Of a stretch of DNA of 64,000 bases, positions 1 to 10,107 are shown one piece after another; position 1 is the stretch's first letter, and every line of letters starts with the position of its first letter. Origin of the DNA: an uncultured Spirochaetota bacterium (GTDB taxonomy: Bacteria; Spirochaetota; Spirochaetia; SZUA-6; Fen-1364). The notes beneath the pieces are model-generated. The model was given only the letters and a program-made list of their open reading frames with translations, did no database searches and had not been told where the DNA came from. The stretch is from NCBI GenBank assembly GCA_963781885.1, contig CAWAHW010000002.1, forward strand, positions 320,001-384,000. The letters are read 5' to 3'. A program made the translations under genes and the position numbers.

Positions 1-598
1 CCGCATCGCGCTCCAGGCCGAGTGCGAGGCCCGCCGTGATGGTGGCCCCCGAGCGCGAGACGCCGGGGAATATCGCCAGCGCCTGCGCAAGCCCGATCAA
101 CGCGGCATCCACGAACCCGATCTTCGCGAACGGCCGCTTCTGTCTGCCCCACCAGTCGGCCAGGAGCAGCAGCCCTCCCAGGACGGCGATGGCAACCGCC
201 ATGAGGATCATGGACAGCCGGGGGATCGGCGCGACGTGGAAGGATGCCGTCACGTCCCCCTCGAACAGCACGCCGGCGATGCCGCCCGGGATGCACGCCA
301 GGAGCAGGTACCACGCCATGCGCGCGTCGGGGGAATCGTCGATGCGCAGGTGGAAGACGCTTCTGAACCACGCGCCGATCAGCCGCACCCAGTCGGAGGC
401 GAAGAATGCAACGACCGCGAGGAGCGTCCCCATGTGGAGCGCCACGTCGAAGGTGAGGCCGCCCAGGGCCGGGTCCGCCCATCCGAACAGCCAGGGGACG
501 ATCACGAGGTGGGCCGAGCTGGAGATGGGGATGAACTCCGTGAGCCCCTGGACGAGTCCCAGCGCGGCCGACTGAAGGACGAGGATGAATGTTGCCAT
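1..598 (-). CDS. uppP: Undecaprenyl-diphosphate phosphatase (3' end runs off the window)
   Basis: Not in the ORF track. Manual translation from ATG 598 gives MATFILVLQSAALGLVQGLTEFIPISSSAHL, the BacA/UppP signature; the second motif PGVSRSGAT lies near the window edge. Confidence 0.93.
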   Translation of the reverse strand, partial: MATFILVLQSAALGLVQGLTEFIPISSSAHLVIVPWLFGWADPALGGLTFDVALHMGTLLAVVAFFASDWVRLIGAWFRSVFHLRIDDSPDARMAWYLLLACIPGGIAGVLFEGDVTASFHVAPIPRLSMILMAVAIAVLGGLLLLADWWGRQKRPFAKIGFVDAALIGLAQALAIFPGVSRSGATITAGLALGLERDA

Positions 599-648
599 TG
601 AGTGGCAAGGTAATGGAGAGTGGCTCTGCCGGGCAAGGGTCCCGACAC

Positions 649-683
649 AAAAAAGCCTTCAGGCGGTGATACCGCCCGAAGGC
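649..683 (-). terminator. Rho-independent terminator of flaB
   Basis: Minus strand GCCTTCGGGCGGT-ATC-ACCGCCTGAAGGC followed by T6, 25 nt after the flaB stop. Confidence 0.85.
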
Positions 684-708
684 CTCATTTCTTCTGGAAC
701 GCGCGGTT

Positions 709-1569
709 CTACTTGAGGAGCTGAAGGACGGTCTGTGTCTTCGTGTTCGCCTGGGCGAGCATGGCGGTGGCTGCCTGGGTGAGGATGGCGTTCTTCGTGT
801 AGTCCACCATCTCGGTGGCCATGTCCGCGTCGCGGATCCTCGACTCGGCCGCCTGGAGGTTCTCCGCGCCGATGTCCAGGCCCTTCACCGCGTACTCCAG
901 CCTGTTCTGGTAGGCGCCCAGGTCCGCCCGCTGCTTGTTGATCGTCTTCAACGCCACGTCCAACTGTCCGATGGACCTGTTGGCCCCGTCGGGGGTGGAC
1001 AGCGAGATGATCGCCTTGCTGCCGACGTTGCGGATGCCCAGCGCCTCGGAGGTCATCGTGCCGACGAACACGCGCGTGCGCTGGTCCATGTTGGCCCCGA
1101 TCTGCAGCCACATGGAGGCGGTGACGACGTTCTGGCCGGCTTCGCGCGCGAAGCGTCCCGTGAGCATGTTCATGCCGTTGAACTGGGCATGAGAGGCGAT
1201 GCGGTCCACCTCGTTGACCAGGGCGGAGACCTCGACCTGGATCTGCATGCGGTCCTCGTCGGTGTAGACGCCGTTGGCCGACTGCACGGACAGCTCGCGC
1301 AGCCTCTGGATGATGTCCTGCGACTCCTGGAGGTAGCCCTCCGTGGTCTGGATGAAGGAGATGCCGTTGGCGGCGTTCGCGCTGGCCTGGGTGAGGCCGC
1401 GGATCTGGGAACGCATCTTTTCCGAGACGGCCAGACCCGACGCATCGTCGCCCGCGCGCGTGATCCTGCTTCCCGACGAGAGCTTCTCCATGTTCTTGTC
1501 GAGAGCCTGGTCGTTCAGTTTCAGCTGACGATCGGCGAAGATCGCGCTCATGTTGTGATTGATGATCAT
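709..1569 (-). CDS. flaB: Flagellin, spirochaete periplasmic filament core protein
   Basis: MIINHNMSA...[49 protein letters not shown]; SD AGGAGG before ATG 1569. Confidence 0.97.
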   Translation of the reverse strand: MIINHNMSAIFADRQLKLNDQALDKNMEKLSSGSRITRAGDDASGLAVSEKMRSQIRGLTQASANAANGISFIQTTEGYLQESQDIIQRLRELSVQSANGVYTDEDRMQIQVEVSALVNEVDRIASHAQFNGMNMLTGRFAREAGQNVVTASMWLQIGANMDQRTRVFVGTMTSEALGIRNVGSKAIISLSTPDGANRSIGQLDVALKTINKQRADLGAYQNRLEYAVKGLDIGAENLQAAESRIRDADMATEMVDYTKNAILTQAATAMLAQANTKTQTVLQLLK

Positions 1570-1623
1570 GTCATCCTCCTTGACAGCCACGCTCCGGAGT
1601 CAATCAACTGCCGGGCGCTTCCT

Positions 1624-1710
1624 CCGCCGCTCAACTCCGTGGATTACCACGGAAGGGCGGCATTTCATCCGCCGCTCAACTCCGTGGAATACCGTGGAAA
1701 GGCGGCATTT
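1624..1710. repeat. Two 42-bp direct repeats (period 45), each able to form a hairpin, in the flaB upstream region
   Basis: 1624-1665 CCGCCGCTCAACTCCGTGGATTACCACGGAAGGGCGGCATTT vs 1669-1710 CCGCCGCTCAACTCCGTGGAATACCGTGGAAAGGCGGCATTT. Confidence 0.9.
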
Positions 1711-1829
1711 TTCAGCCCCTCACCGCCGCGGCGATTTTCCTTCACGACTCTTTTTCCCCTGCCGAAATTGGGACTAAGGGAAGAAAGGCGGCGGGAGGCT
1801 CGACACGGCCAGAGCTATCCTCACTCCTT

Positions 1830-1857
1830 GTTTCGACAGACTGAAGTTTAAAAATTA
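1830..1857 (-). promoter_or_regulatory. Candidate sigma28 (FliA) promoter of flaB
   Basis: Minus strand TAAT-N16-GTCGAAAC resembles the TAAA-N15/16-GCCGATAA consensus; imperfect match. Confidence 0.45.
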
Positions 1858-1976
1858 CGGTGTTCGCGAAAAATATATTTCTCTCAAGTCTGGAGAATTT
1901 GCCGCCTCAGATGTATAGTCCGCGCGAGACGCCGCAAATGCCACTGGGTACAGTGGCCGCATTGGAGGGTGACGGC

Positions 1977-3209
1977 ATGGATGGACAATTCCTCCATACG
2001 TATGCACGGATTCTTCTCCGCGTCGGCGTCAATCTCCAGCAGGGCCAGAATATCCGCGTCTCCGGAGAGCCGATTCACAGGGATTTCATGCTGATCCTTG
2101 CCGAGGAAGCCTATCGCGCGGGCGGAAGGACCGTGAAGCTCCAGTACAACGACGAACGGCATGCCCTGATCCGCTCCCGGCACCTCGAGGCCCGCTATCT
2201 GGAGTACGTGCCGGGAAACGTCGTCCCGGAGCTCCAGAGCTATCTCGACGAGGACTGGGCCCTGTTGCGTATCGATGGCGCGGAGGACCCCGACATGCTC
2301 GCCGACGCCGACAAGGGCCGGCTTGCCGCCATGCAGAAGGCGCATTCGACCGTGAGCCAGTTCTTCAACCTCCAGGTGATGGCGAACAAGCTTCGGTGGT
2401 GCGTGGCTCCCCTGCCGACCCTCAAGTGGGCGGAGAAGGTGCTCGGGACAAGCCCGACCGGGAGCGACCCCATCGAAGCGCTCTGGAAGATTCTCATTCC
2501 CACGCTGCGTCTCGACCGCGACGATCCCGTCGCAGCGTGGGGCGCGCACGGCCGCACGCTCGGCCGGAGGGCCGAGACGCTCAATGAGATGGGGATCGAC
2601 CGTCTCCACTTCCTGGGCCCGGGAACGGACCTCACCATCGGTCTCATGCCCCGCTCGCGGTTCATTGGCGGTTCGGCCACGTCTCAGAAGGGGATAGGGT
2701 TCATGCCCAACCTGCCCACCGAGGAGGTCTTCACGACCCCGGATTTCAGACGGACCACCGGCACGGTCACGTGCACCCGGCCGGTGGAGGTGCTGGGCGT
2801 GCCGGTGGACGGGGTGAGCTTCGAGTTTGCCGACGGCGCCGTGACGGGTTTCAAAGCTCGTGAAGGCGGTGAGGCGCTGGACAAGTTTCTCGGCATGGAC
2901 CCCCACGCCCGGCATCTCGGCGAGATCGCGCTCGTGGACATCGATTCACCGGTCAACCGGGCCGGCGTGGTTTTTCATTCCATCCTGTTCGATGAGAACG
3001 CTGCCTGCCACATTGCTCTCGGCAATGGCTATCCCGATGCCATCGTGGACGGGGAATCTCTCGACGAAGAAGAGCTGCGTCGGATCGGCTGCAACATCTC
3101 TCTCGTGCATACGGATTTCATGATCAGCTCGCCCGCGGTATCTCTCTTTGCCGTCACCCGCGACGGTGGCCGCCGCGAGATCATGAGAAACGGAAAGCTG
3201 CTGTTCTAG
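1977..3209 (+). CDS. Aminopeptidase, M29 family (AmpS/PepS/AmpT-like)
   Basis: GVNLQQGQ, NLPTEEVFTTP, LGEIALV, LFDENAACHIALG, HTDFMI; SD GGAGGG before ATG 1977. Confidence 0.93.
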   Translation: MDGQFLHTYARILLRVGVNLQQGQNIRVSGEPIHRDFMLILAEEAYRAGGRTVKLQYNDERHALIRSRHLEARYLEYVPGNVVPELQSYLDEDWALLRIDGAEDPDMLADADKGRLAAMQKAHSTVSQFFNLQVMANKLRWCVAPLPTLKWAEKVLGTSPTGSDPIEALWKILIPTLRLDRDDPVAAWGAHGRTLGRRAETLNEMGIDRLHFLGPGTDLTIGLMPRSRFIGGSATSQKGIGFMPNLPTEEVFTTPDFRRTTGTVTCTRPVEVLGVPVDGVSFEFADGAVTGFKAREGGEALDKFLGMDPHARHLGEIALVDIDSPVNRAGVVFHSILFDENAACHIALGNGYPDAIVDGESLDEEELRRIGCNISLVHTDFMISSPAVSLFAVTRDGGRREIMRNGKLLF

Positions 3210-3584
3210 ACGCCGCCTTATCAGGGCCGCATATCCCCTCAGGCGGCGCCTTGTTCGACGATCGCGGCCAAAGTACAAACGCGCGTGCGTTGTAATTTAA
3301 TTTATTACAGAACAACAAATAAGCAGTAGGGTCTCATTCTCATGACCCCCGTCGCATGGGCTACTCAGCGGATCTGGCCGACGCGCGACATTCGAGGTCC
3401 TGGATATTTTTTGAACATGCGCCATGCGACGCTTCCCAACAAACACCTGTTCGAGAATTGCCGTTTATGACGCTTTTCTTTGTAGATATCTCAGTCTTTC
3501 TTGTGATACAGTGAATGCATTCACCTTTGTTTTTCATCGCAAGAGAAGCGGGATTTTTCAGATTGCGGTGAAGGAGTGTGAAGT

Positions 3585-5748
3585 ATGAAAAGAAAAATGG
3601 TCTTCGCAGCGGTATTCGTGCTTTCAGCGGGGATTGCGGGATTCGCGCAGTCCGCAACGGTCTCGCCACTGTCTCTTTCGATAGTGCCAAGCTTCACCTT
3701 GCCCGTGGGAAGTGACACCGCAGAGTTCTCGTACGGCGCCACTGGAACACTCCGCGGAGAATACCGGATGCCATTTCTGCCGCTCCTGTTTGTCGGGGCA
3801 GAGGCAGGGATTCTCCTACGTGCCGCTTGACATCGATCACTTCCGTGTCATTGATCAACGGCGGCGCAGTGGCAGGGGCGCGACTCGATTTTCTGAAGAC
3901 CCTCAGCTTCAGCGTGACCGCGGCGGGCGGATATTGGTACGCTTTCCTGAATGATGGGAGCGGCTCAGCCTCGAATCTATTCGCTTCCGTGGGGGCAGAG
4001 CTCTCCTGGACCCCTGTCCCGGCCCTTTCAATCGGCCTCGGGGCCACTTTTCGAGATTTCTTATACGGCGTTCAACGACATCGCCGTCACGCTGGGTGCG
4101 TCGTACAACTTCCTTCAGGGCGCAAGCCAGGCCGCCCCCATCCAGAAGGAACCGACTCCGGCCAAACCCACGCCTCTAAAAAGCAACGAGCAGCCCGCGA
4201 CGCCTGCGAAACCGCCGGAGGACAAGAACAAGGGAATCGTGATCCAGAACATCTCTTTCAACAAGGTGTTCCCGATCTTCCATGCTTTCTATGATACCCA
4301 TCCGATCGGCACGATCACGCTCGTCAACACGGACAGCTCGCCCGCGACTGACGTCGCAGTGACCTTGCAGATCAAGCAATATATGGACGCGCCGAAGGAT
4401 TGTGGAACGATTGCCACGCTGAAGCCCGGCGAATCGCAGGATGTCGATCTCCTTGCCCTGCTAAGAAGTGACATCCTGGAGATCACCCAGACGACAAAGG
4501 TCGCGGCCGAGATATCGGTTTCGTACACGAGGAACGGGAAGCCGGCAACGGCGACCAAGGTGGAAACACTCACGGTATATGACCGGAATGCGATGAGCTG
4601 GGACGACAACCAGAAGGCGGCGGCTTTCGTCACCCCCAAGGAGCCCGCCATCCTGTACTTCTCCAACAACATCAACGCGATGGTGAAGAACAAGATGAAC
4701 CGGGTCATGGACAAGAACCTGCAAACCGCCATGATTTTCCATGACGCGCTTCGCCTGTTGGGCATCAGCTACGTGTCCCCTCCGCTCACGTCGTATGCGG
4801 CTTTCTCCCAGGACAAGCAGGCCGTGGATTCGCTGAAGTTCCCCCGGGAAACCCTTTCCTACCGATCCGGCGATTGCAGCGATCTTTCCATCCTCTATTG
4901 CTCGCTGCTCGAATCGGTCCAGATCGAAACGGCATTCATCACGATTCCGGGCCATATCTTCATGGCATTCGCCCTGGATATGAACGAGGACCAGGCGCGC
5001 CGGACATTCACGAAGACGGATGAGTTCATATTCCAGGATGGGAAGGCATGGGTGCCGATCGAAATCACGGAACGCGACGGCATGTTCCTCACTGCCTGGC
5101 AGGAGGGAGCGAAAGAATGGCGGGAGAACCTGGCGAAAAAGCAGGCGGACTTCTATCCCGTGCGTGCCGCATGGAAGACATACGAGGCGGTTTTCTTCCC
5201 CGGCTCGGATGCTCAGCCGCAACTCCCCGATGCAAGCAAGGTCATCGCGGATTTCCAAACGGACCTCACTGGCAATGGTCACCCGGGAGATGGGGACGAA
5301 GGAAATGGTGCTGAAGGCGGCGGTGGCAAAGAATCCCGCCGATTCCAAATCAGCGAACTCGCTCGGTCTGCTGTATGCGCGCTATGACCTGGAGGACAAG
5401 GCGGAGGCCCAGTTCCAGAAGCTGATCGCGAAGAACGAGTACGTGCCGGCGCTCCTCAACCTCGGCAACCTTGCCTTCCTCAAGGGCGACTTTGACACGG
5501 CGCAGACCTACTACGAGCGGGCCTACAAGCAGAACCCCCACAGCCCGAACGTTCTTCTGTGCATGGCGCGGGTGAATCATGAGCAGCAGAACTACGGCTC
5601 GGTCAAGAAGTATTTCCAGGAGCTGAAGACCGCCGATCCCGACATGGCGGCCCAGTTCGCCTATCTGGACCTCCAGGGAGATGAATCGACGCGTGCCGCC
5701 GAGGCGAGCCACATCAACAACGTCGTCGTGTGGGAGGAAGAGAAATGA
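3585..5748 (+). CDS. Secreted protein with beta-barrel-like N-terminus, transglutaminase-like domain and TPR C-terminus; broken by four +1 indels
   Basis: Signal peptide MKRKMVFAAVFVLSAGIAGFA; amphipathic beta strands; P/K-rich linker; GDCSDLSILYCSLLES...PGHIFMAF...WVPIE; TPR helices. ORF pieces join if single bases near 3810, 3827, 4061 and 5271 are removed (2160 nt). Confidence 0.7.
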
Positions 5749-6846
5749 GAATGACGTTGAAAATCCTCATTGCCTGCGTTGTGACGTTGGCGATCGCTGG
5801 TTGCAGCGATATTTCGTTGAAGGGGATCATCGATCAGAAACTGGTCGGATTGGGCGGACCGATCGGGCGGCACCGTTGCGGCTCCGACATTCAACCCTCC
5901 TGCAGGTCCCGCCGGGACTTACGCGAGCGCGACGACGGTGACCATCAGCTGTACGACTGCGAACGCATCGATCCGCTTTACGACAGACGGAAGCACTCCC
6001 TCAAGCACGGCAGGTATTTCCTATGGCGGGGCTGTCAACGTGGGAACGGCTGAGACGATAAAGGCAGTTGCCTATGAAAGCGGCATGACAACTTCCACGG
6101 TCAGCGCAGCAGCCTTTGCGAACCCACTCACGACGATTCGAGTGGGAAGTGTTGCGGACTCGCGATTCAATAACGGCGGTTGGACTCTCGATGGTGGCGC
6201 GATGGTCTACACACGCGAAAAGCTGCTGAATCAATCGAATTTCGGCCCAAGCGGGACGTATGCGAAAACGATTGTGATCACCGACGTAAGCGCATCCATC
6301 GATGCCAGCATTCTCACGAATGTCGACGTCTTTTTTATTGGGAAAATGCCCGCAAGCTTCTCAGCCACGGAGCTGACTGCAATGACGAATTGGGTCAGCA
6401 CGGGGGGGGTCATGATTATCACTGCAAACGATACCCCCTCCGATCAAGTCTCGAATGCCTTTGGCCTTCCAGTAACTGCAACTTCTGCCGAGTCTTACAC
6501 TGTTCCATATGTAACTTATAATAGCCATGCAATTTGGACAGGCCCATTCGGCAATTTAAATAGCTTGGGTCATACCTATGGGGGCTCCATGTCTGCATAT
6601 TGGCCACTCGTCGATGTGCCTGCGAATACAACAATTCTTGGAATAGATGGTAGTAATAACTATACTGTGCTTGAAATGTCATACACGTCGGGGAAAGTCA
6701 TCTTCCTTGGGGATGTCGCCTTGATTGCTGATGACGGAAACTACACGATTTGGGATTTGAACGCCGCGATCAACACTTCAAGCGGCACAGCCAGTACCGG
6801 AAATGAGGCATTCCTTGGAAATCTTTTCGCCTACGCGCATAGGTAG
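5745..6846 (+). CDS. Lipoprotein with a chitobiase/FN3-associated-type domain and an unknown C-terminal domain; one +1 indel near 5866
   Basis: ATGA overlap with the upstream stop, SD GGAGGA, lipobox LAIAG-C; VAAPTFNPPAG...IRFTTDGSTP...TIKAVAY. Confidence 0.7.
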
Positions 6847-6878
6847 AGAATTCGCAGCCACGAAGGCAAGGATTTGAA

Positions 6879-6905
6879 AGGGGCGGCACATGCCGCTCCT
6901 TTTTT
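6879..6905 (+). terminator. Rho-independent terminator
   Basis: AGGGGCGGCA-CA-TGCCGCTCCT followed by a T run. Confidence 0.8.
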
Positions 6906-6984
6906 GTCTATGTTCCAATCATTCGGTGAGGCCGCATGGAGAGAATCCGGAATCCGCACATCAGGGACCCGCAGATGAGGATGA

Positions 6985-7296
6985 TCGCTTCAGATCGTCG
7001 GCGGTTGGCAGATCCTTGTGCCGCTGCGCGCAGGCTTCGGATTCGCGCTTCGACCATTCGACTTCGCGCTTTTTCTTGAAGCGGCTCCCGGCGCGGCCCT
7101 GTTTCAGCAGGGGCTTCTCCTTCTTGTCGGGCTTGGTGCTGTCGCAGAAGCAGCCTGGAGCGTGACCCCGCGGTTCGCGTTGTACTTCGCACCGGGCGTA
7201 CGCTGGACCTTGTGTCCCGCGTATCGCCTGGTAGACGGCACGTCGTACATGAGCCTCGATATTCCGCTCACCCTGGGGATGCGATTCAGCTTCTGA
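6985..7296 (+). pseudogene. C-terminal fragment of an outer-membrane beta-barrel-like protein
   Basis: Amphipathic strands ending LDIPLTLGMRFSF (terminal Phe); no signal peptide or SD; in-frame TGA at 6982. Confidence 0.45.
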
Positions 7297-7444
7297 GCCG
7301 GCGCCCCGTCACGCCGGGTGCATTCCCCTTGCCCGCCATTTCAGAAGGGCTGGTCAAACCGGCGTTCGCGTAGTACACATTTGCATCGGCGCGGTGCGCC
7401 CCGGCGCGATCCTGGCATCAGCAGATTCAAACGGCGGTGAATCG

Positions 7445-8743
7445 ATGGCAGCAGAAAAGAGCTTCGGTTTCGACACGCGCATGGTGCACGCCGGCCACAT
7501 ACCGGATTCGCAGACCGGTGCCCGCGCGGTGCCCATCTATCAAACGACCTCTTTCACCTTCTTCGACGCGGACCATGCCGCGGACCTCTTCGACCTGAAG
7601 CAATACGGGCACATCTATTCGCGCATCAGCAACCCAACGGTCTCCGTGCTCGAAGAAAGGGTTGCTTCGCTGGAAGGGGCAACGGGGGGAGTTGCGGCAT
7701 CGAGCGGCCTGGCAGCCCAGCTTGCCGTTTTCATGACCCTGCTGGAGCCCGGGGACGAGGTGGTCTCCTCGTCGCACCTCTACGGGGGAACCGCCAACCA
7801 GTTCACCTACACGCTGCCGAAGATGGGCAACAAGGTCACCTTCGTCGACCCGACACGACCGGACGACTGGGAGGCGGCCATCACCCCGAGGACGCGCGCG
7901 CTCTACGGGGAGACCGTCGGCAATCCCCAGGGAAGCATCCTCGACCTCGGGCGGCTGGCGGAGCTGGCCGCGGCAAGGAAGATCCCGCTTATCGTGGACA
8001 ACACCGTGCCAAGCCCGTACCTGTGCCGGCCCATCGAGCACGGGGCGACCATCGTCATCCATTCGGCAACGAAGTTCATCGGCGGTCATGGAAGCTCGCT
8101 GGGCGGCGTGCTCGTGGACTCGGGGAAGTTCGACTACTCCCGCTTCCCTTCCATCGCGGAGCCCTCTCCGCAGTACCACGACCTCCGCTTCTACGACACA
8201 TTCGGACACTACGGATTCCTCATGAAGGCGCGCATGGCGACCATGCGCGACAGCGGCGCCTGCCTTTCACCTCTCAATGCGTTCCTCCTCATCCAGGGAT
8301 TGGAGACGCTGTCGCTGCGGATGGAACGGCACATGGAGAACACGCGCAAGATTGCCACATTTCTGCACGGCCATCCCCGCGTGAGCTGGGTCGCCTGGGC
8401 AGGGCTGCCGGACCATCCGCAGCACGCGCTGGCTGAAAAATACCTGCCCCGAGGGCCGGGCTCCGTCTTCTCATTCGGCATCAAGCCCGGGCCGGGCGAG
8501 ACGGCGCGCGCCGCGGGAAAGGGATTCATCGAGCGCCTGAAGCTGTTCAGCCACCTCGCCAATATCGGCGACGTGCGAAGCCTCGTGATACACCCGGCAT
8601 CGACGACGCATCGCGAGATGTCGGATGAAGCGCTGGAGGCGGCCGGCGTCGGCCCGGACCTCATCCGCCTGTCGATCGGCATCGAAACCGTGGAGGACCT
8701 GTTATGGGACTTGGATCAGGCATTGCATGCGCCATCACGCTGA
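7445..8743 (+). CDS. metY: O-acetylhomoserine sulfhydrylase (Cys/Met metabolism PLP enzyme)
   Basis: AVPIYQTTSF, YSRISNPT, HSATKFIGGHG (PLP lysine), ANIGDVRSLVIHPASTTH. Confidence 0.93.
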   Translation: MAAEKSFGFDTRMVHAGHIPDSQTGARAVPIYQTTSFTFFDADHAADLFDLKQYGHIYSRISNPTVSVLEERVASLEGATGGVAASSGLAAQLAVFMTLLEPGDEVVSSSHLYGGTANQFTYTLPKMGNKVTFVDPTRPDDWEAAITPRTRALYGETVGNPQGSILDLGRLAELAAARKIPLIVDNTVPSPYLCRPIEHGATIVIHSATKFIGGHGSSLGGVLVDSGKFDYSRFPSIAEPSPQYHDLRFYDTFGHYGFLMKARMATMRDSGACLSPLNAFLLIQGLETLSLRMERHMENTRKIATFLHGHPRVSWVAWAGLPDHPQHALAEKYLPRGPGSVFSFGIKPGPGETARAAGKGFIERLKLFSHLANIGDVRSLVIHPASTTHREMSDEALEAAGVGPDLIRLSIGIETVEDLLWDLDQALHAPSR

Positions 8744-9243
8744 ACTCGGCGCTCACCGCCGCACAGAAGGCCGCCTACCAGGATTCTGAGGTCGTCCGGC
8801 GCATCCTGAATACGGCGCGGCGGATCGTGATCGTGGGATTGTCCTCCGACCCGCAGAAGGCAAGCTCGTATGTCGCAAGCTACCTGCGCGGCGCCGGCTA
8901 CGAGGTCATCCCGGTCAATCCGAAGGCGCGGGAGATCCAAGGTCTCCCGTGCTACCCGCGGCTTGCGGACGTGCCCGCTCCCGTCGATCTTGTCGACATC
9001 TTCCGGCCCGCGGCCGAATGCCCCGGGATCGTGGAGGAAGCGATCGCGGCAGGGGCGCGCGCCGTCTGGATGCAGTTGCGCGTCATCAGCCCGGCCGCGG
9101 CGGCGCGCGCCGTGGAGGCAGGACTGGACTGCGTCATGGACCTTTGCGTGAAGATGGAGCATGGCCGGTACACGGGCGGCCTCCACGAGGCGGGCATGAA
9201 CACGGAGATCGTTTCCGCGCGCCGCGTCCACCGGGCGATCTGA
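8704..9243 (+). CDS. CoA-binding protein (YccU-like)
   Basis: IVIVGLS...YEVIPVNP...VDLVDIFRP...AVWMQL...CVKMEH; SD GGAGGA before ATG 8704, inside the metY 3' end. Confidence 0.88.
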   Translation: MGLGSGIACAITLNSALTAAQKAAYQDSEVVRRILNTARRIVIVGLSSDPQKASSYVASYLRGAGYEVIPVNPKAREIQGLPCYPRLADVPAPVDLVDIFRPAAECPGIVEEAIAAGARAVWMQLRVISPAAAARAVEAGLDCVMDLCVKMEHGRYTGGLHEAGMNTEIVSARRVHRAI

Positions 9244-9258
9244 CCAGGAGCGCAATCC

Positions 9259-10077
9259 ATGAAGGCCCAAATCAGCTATTTCACGGGAACCGGCAATAGC
9301 CTACGCGCCGCGGATCTCTGTCGCCAGGCGCTGGAGGCCGCGGGGTATGAGACGGCCCTGAACGAGATCAGGCGCGGCGCGGCTCCCGTGCTCGACGGCG
9401 TCGACCTGTTCGGTCTCTGCTGCCCGGTCTATTCGCTGGGGGCGCCGCGCATCGTCCGCGAGTTTCTGCAAAGCTTGCCGGCCGTCCCCTCCCCGGTCCG
9501 GGCATTTGTCCTGGCGACCGCGGGTGACGCGCAGGACGTGGGTTGGACCATGCAGGAGGCCGCAACGGCCCTGGGCGCGAAGGGCTTTGACGTCGTCGTT
9601 GCCGATGCCGTGGAGATGCCGAACAACTGGCTGCCAATGTCGTATGTACCCACCGCCGCCGAGGCGGCGGAGATACTTGCGGCTGCGGAGTCAAAGATCA
9701 GCCAGACAGTTGCCGCGCTCCTGGCGGGCAGGCGCATCGTGCGGCCCCTGGACCTGGGGAGCATGGGCCGCGTACGCTCCGCCATGCTCCACGGGGCATT
9801 CCATCGCCTGGGCATACGCCGGCTGTGGTTCTTTTTCCGTACGAGTGACGCATGCACGGGCTGCGGTCAATGCGCGCGCATCTGCCCGACCCAGAGCATC
9901 AGCATGGTGAAAAGCCGACCGCGCTGGTCGCGGACCTGCGAGCAATGCCTTCGGTGCATGCACTTCTGCCCGTCCCGCGCCATCACGCAATTCGAGCTCA
10001 TGGGCAAGGGGAGCGCGCGCAACCGCTACCACGAGCCGCACTTCACGCCAGCGGGGCTGGAGGCGCCCGGGGTATGA
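9259..10077 (+). CDS. EFR1-type protein: flavodoxin-like N-terminus plus 2x[4Fe-4S] ferredoxin
   Basis: YFTGTGNS; CTGCGQCARICP and CEQCLRCMHFCP. Confidence 0.88.
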   Translation: MKAQISYFTGTGNSLRAADLCRQALEAAGYETALNEIRRGAAPVLDGVDLFGLCCPVYSLGAPRIVREFLQSLPAVPSPVRAFVLATAGDAQDVGWTMQEAATALGAKGFDVVVADAVEMPNNWLPMSYVPTAAEAAEILAAAESKISQTVAALLAGRRIVRPLDLGSMGRVRSAMLHGAFHRLGIRRLWFFFRTSDACTGCGQCARICPTQSISMVKSRPRWSRTCEQCLRCMHFCPSRAITQFELMGKGSARNRYHEPHFTPAGLEAPGV

Positions 10078-10107
10078 CCAGAGCCCGCGCCCGCTGCGCG
10101 GCACTCT

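Noticed and set aside
1624-1710. CRISPR array
   Set aside because: Only two copies, 3-nt separation and no cas genes.
3361-3742. Small minus-strand ORFs in the AT-rich gap
   Set aside because: No SD or motifs, and they overlap the better-supported plus-strand gene.
7297-7444. SAM riboswitch or T-box upstream of metY
   Set aside because: No consensus motifs or terminator recognised by eye.
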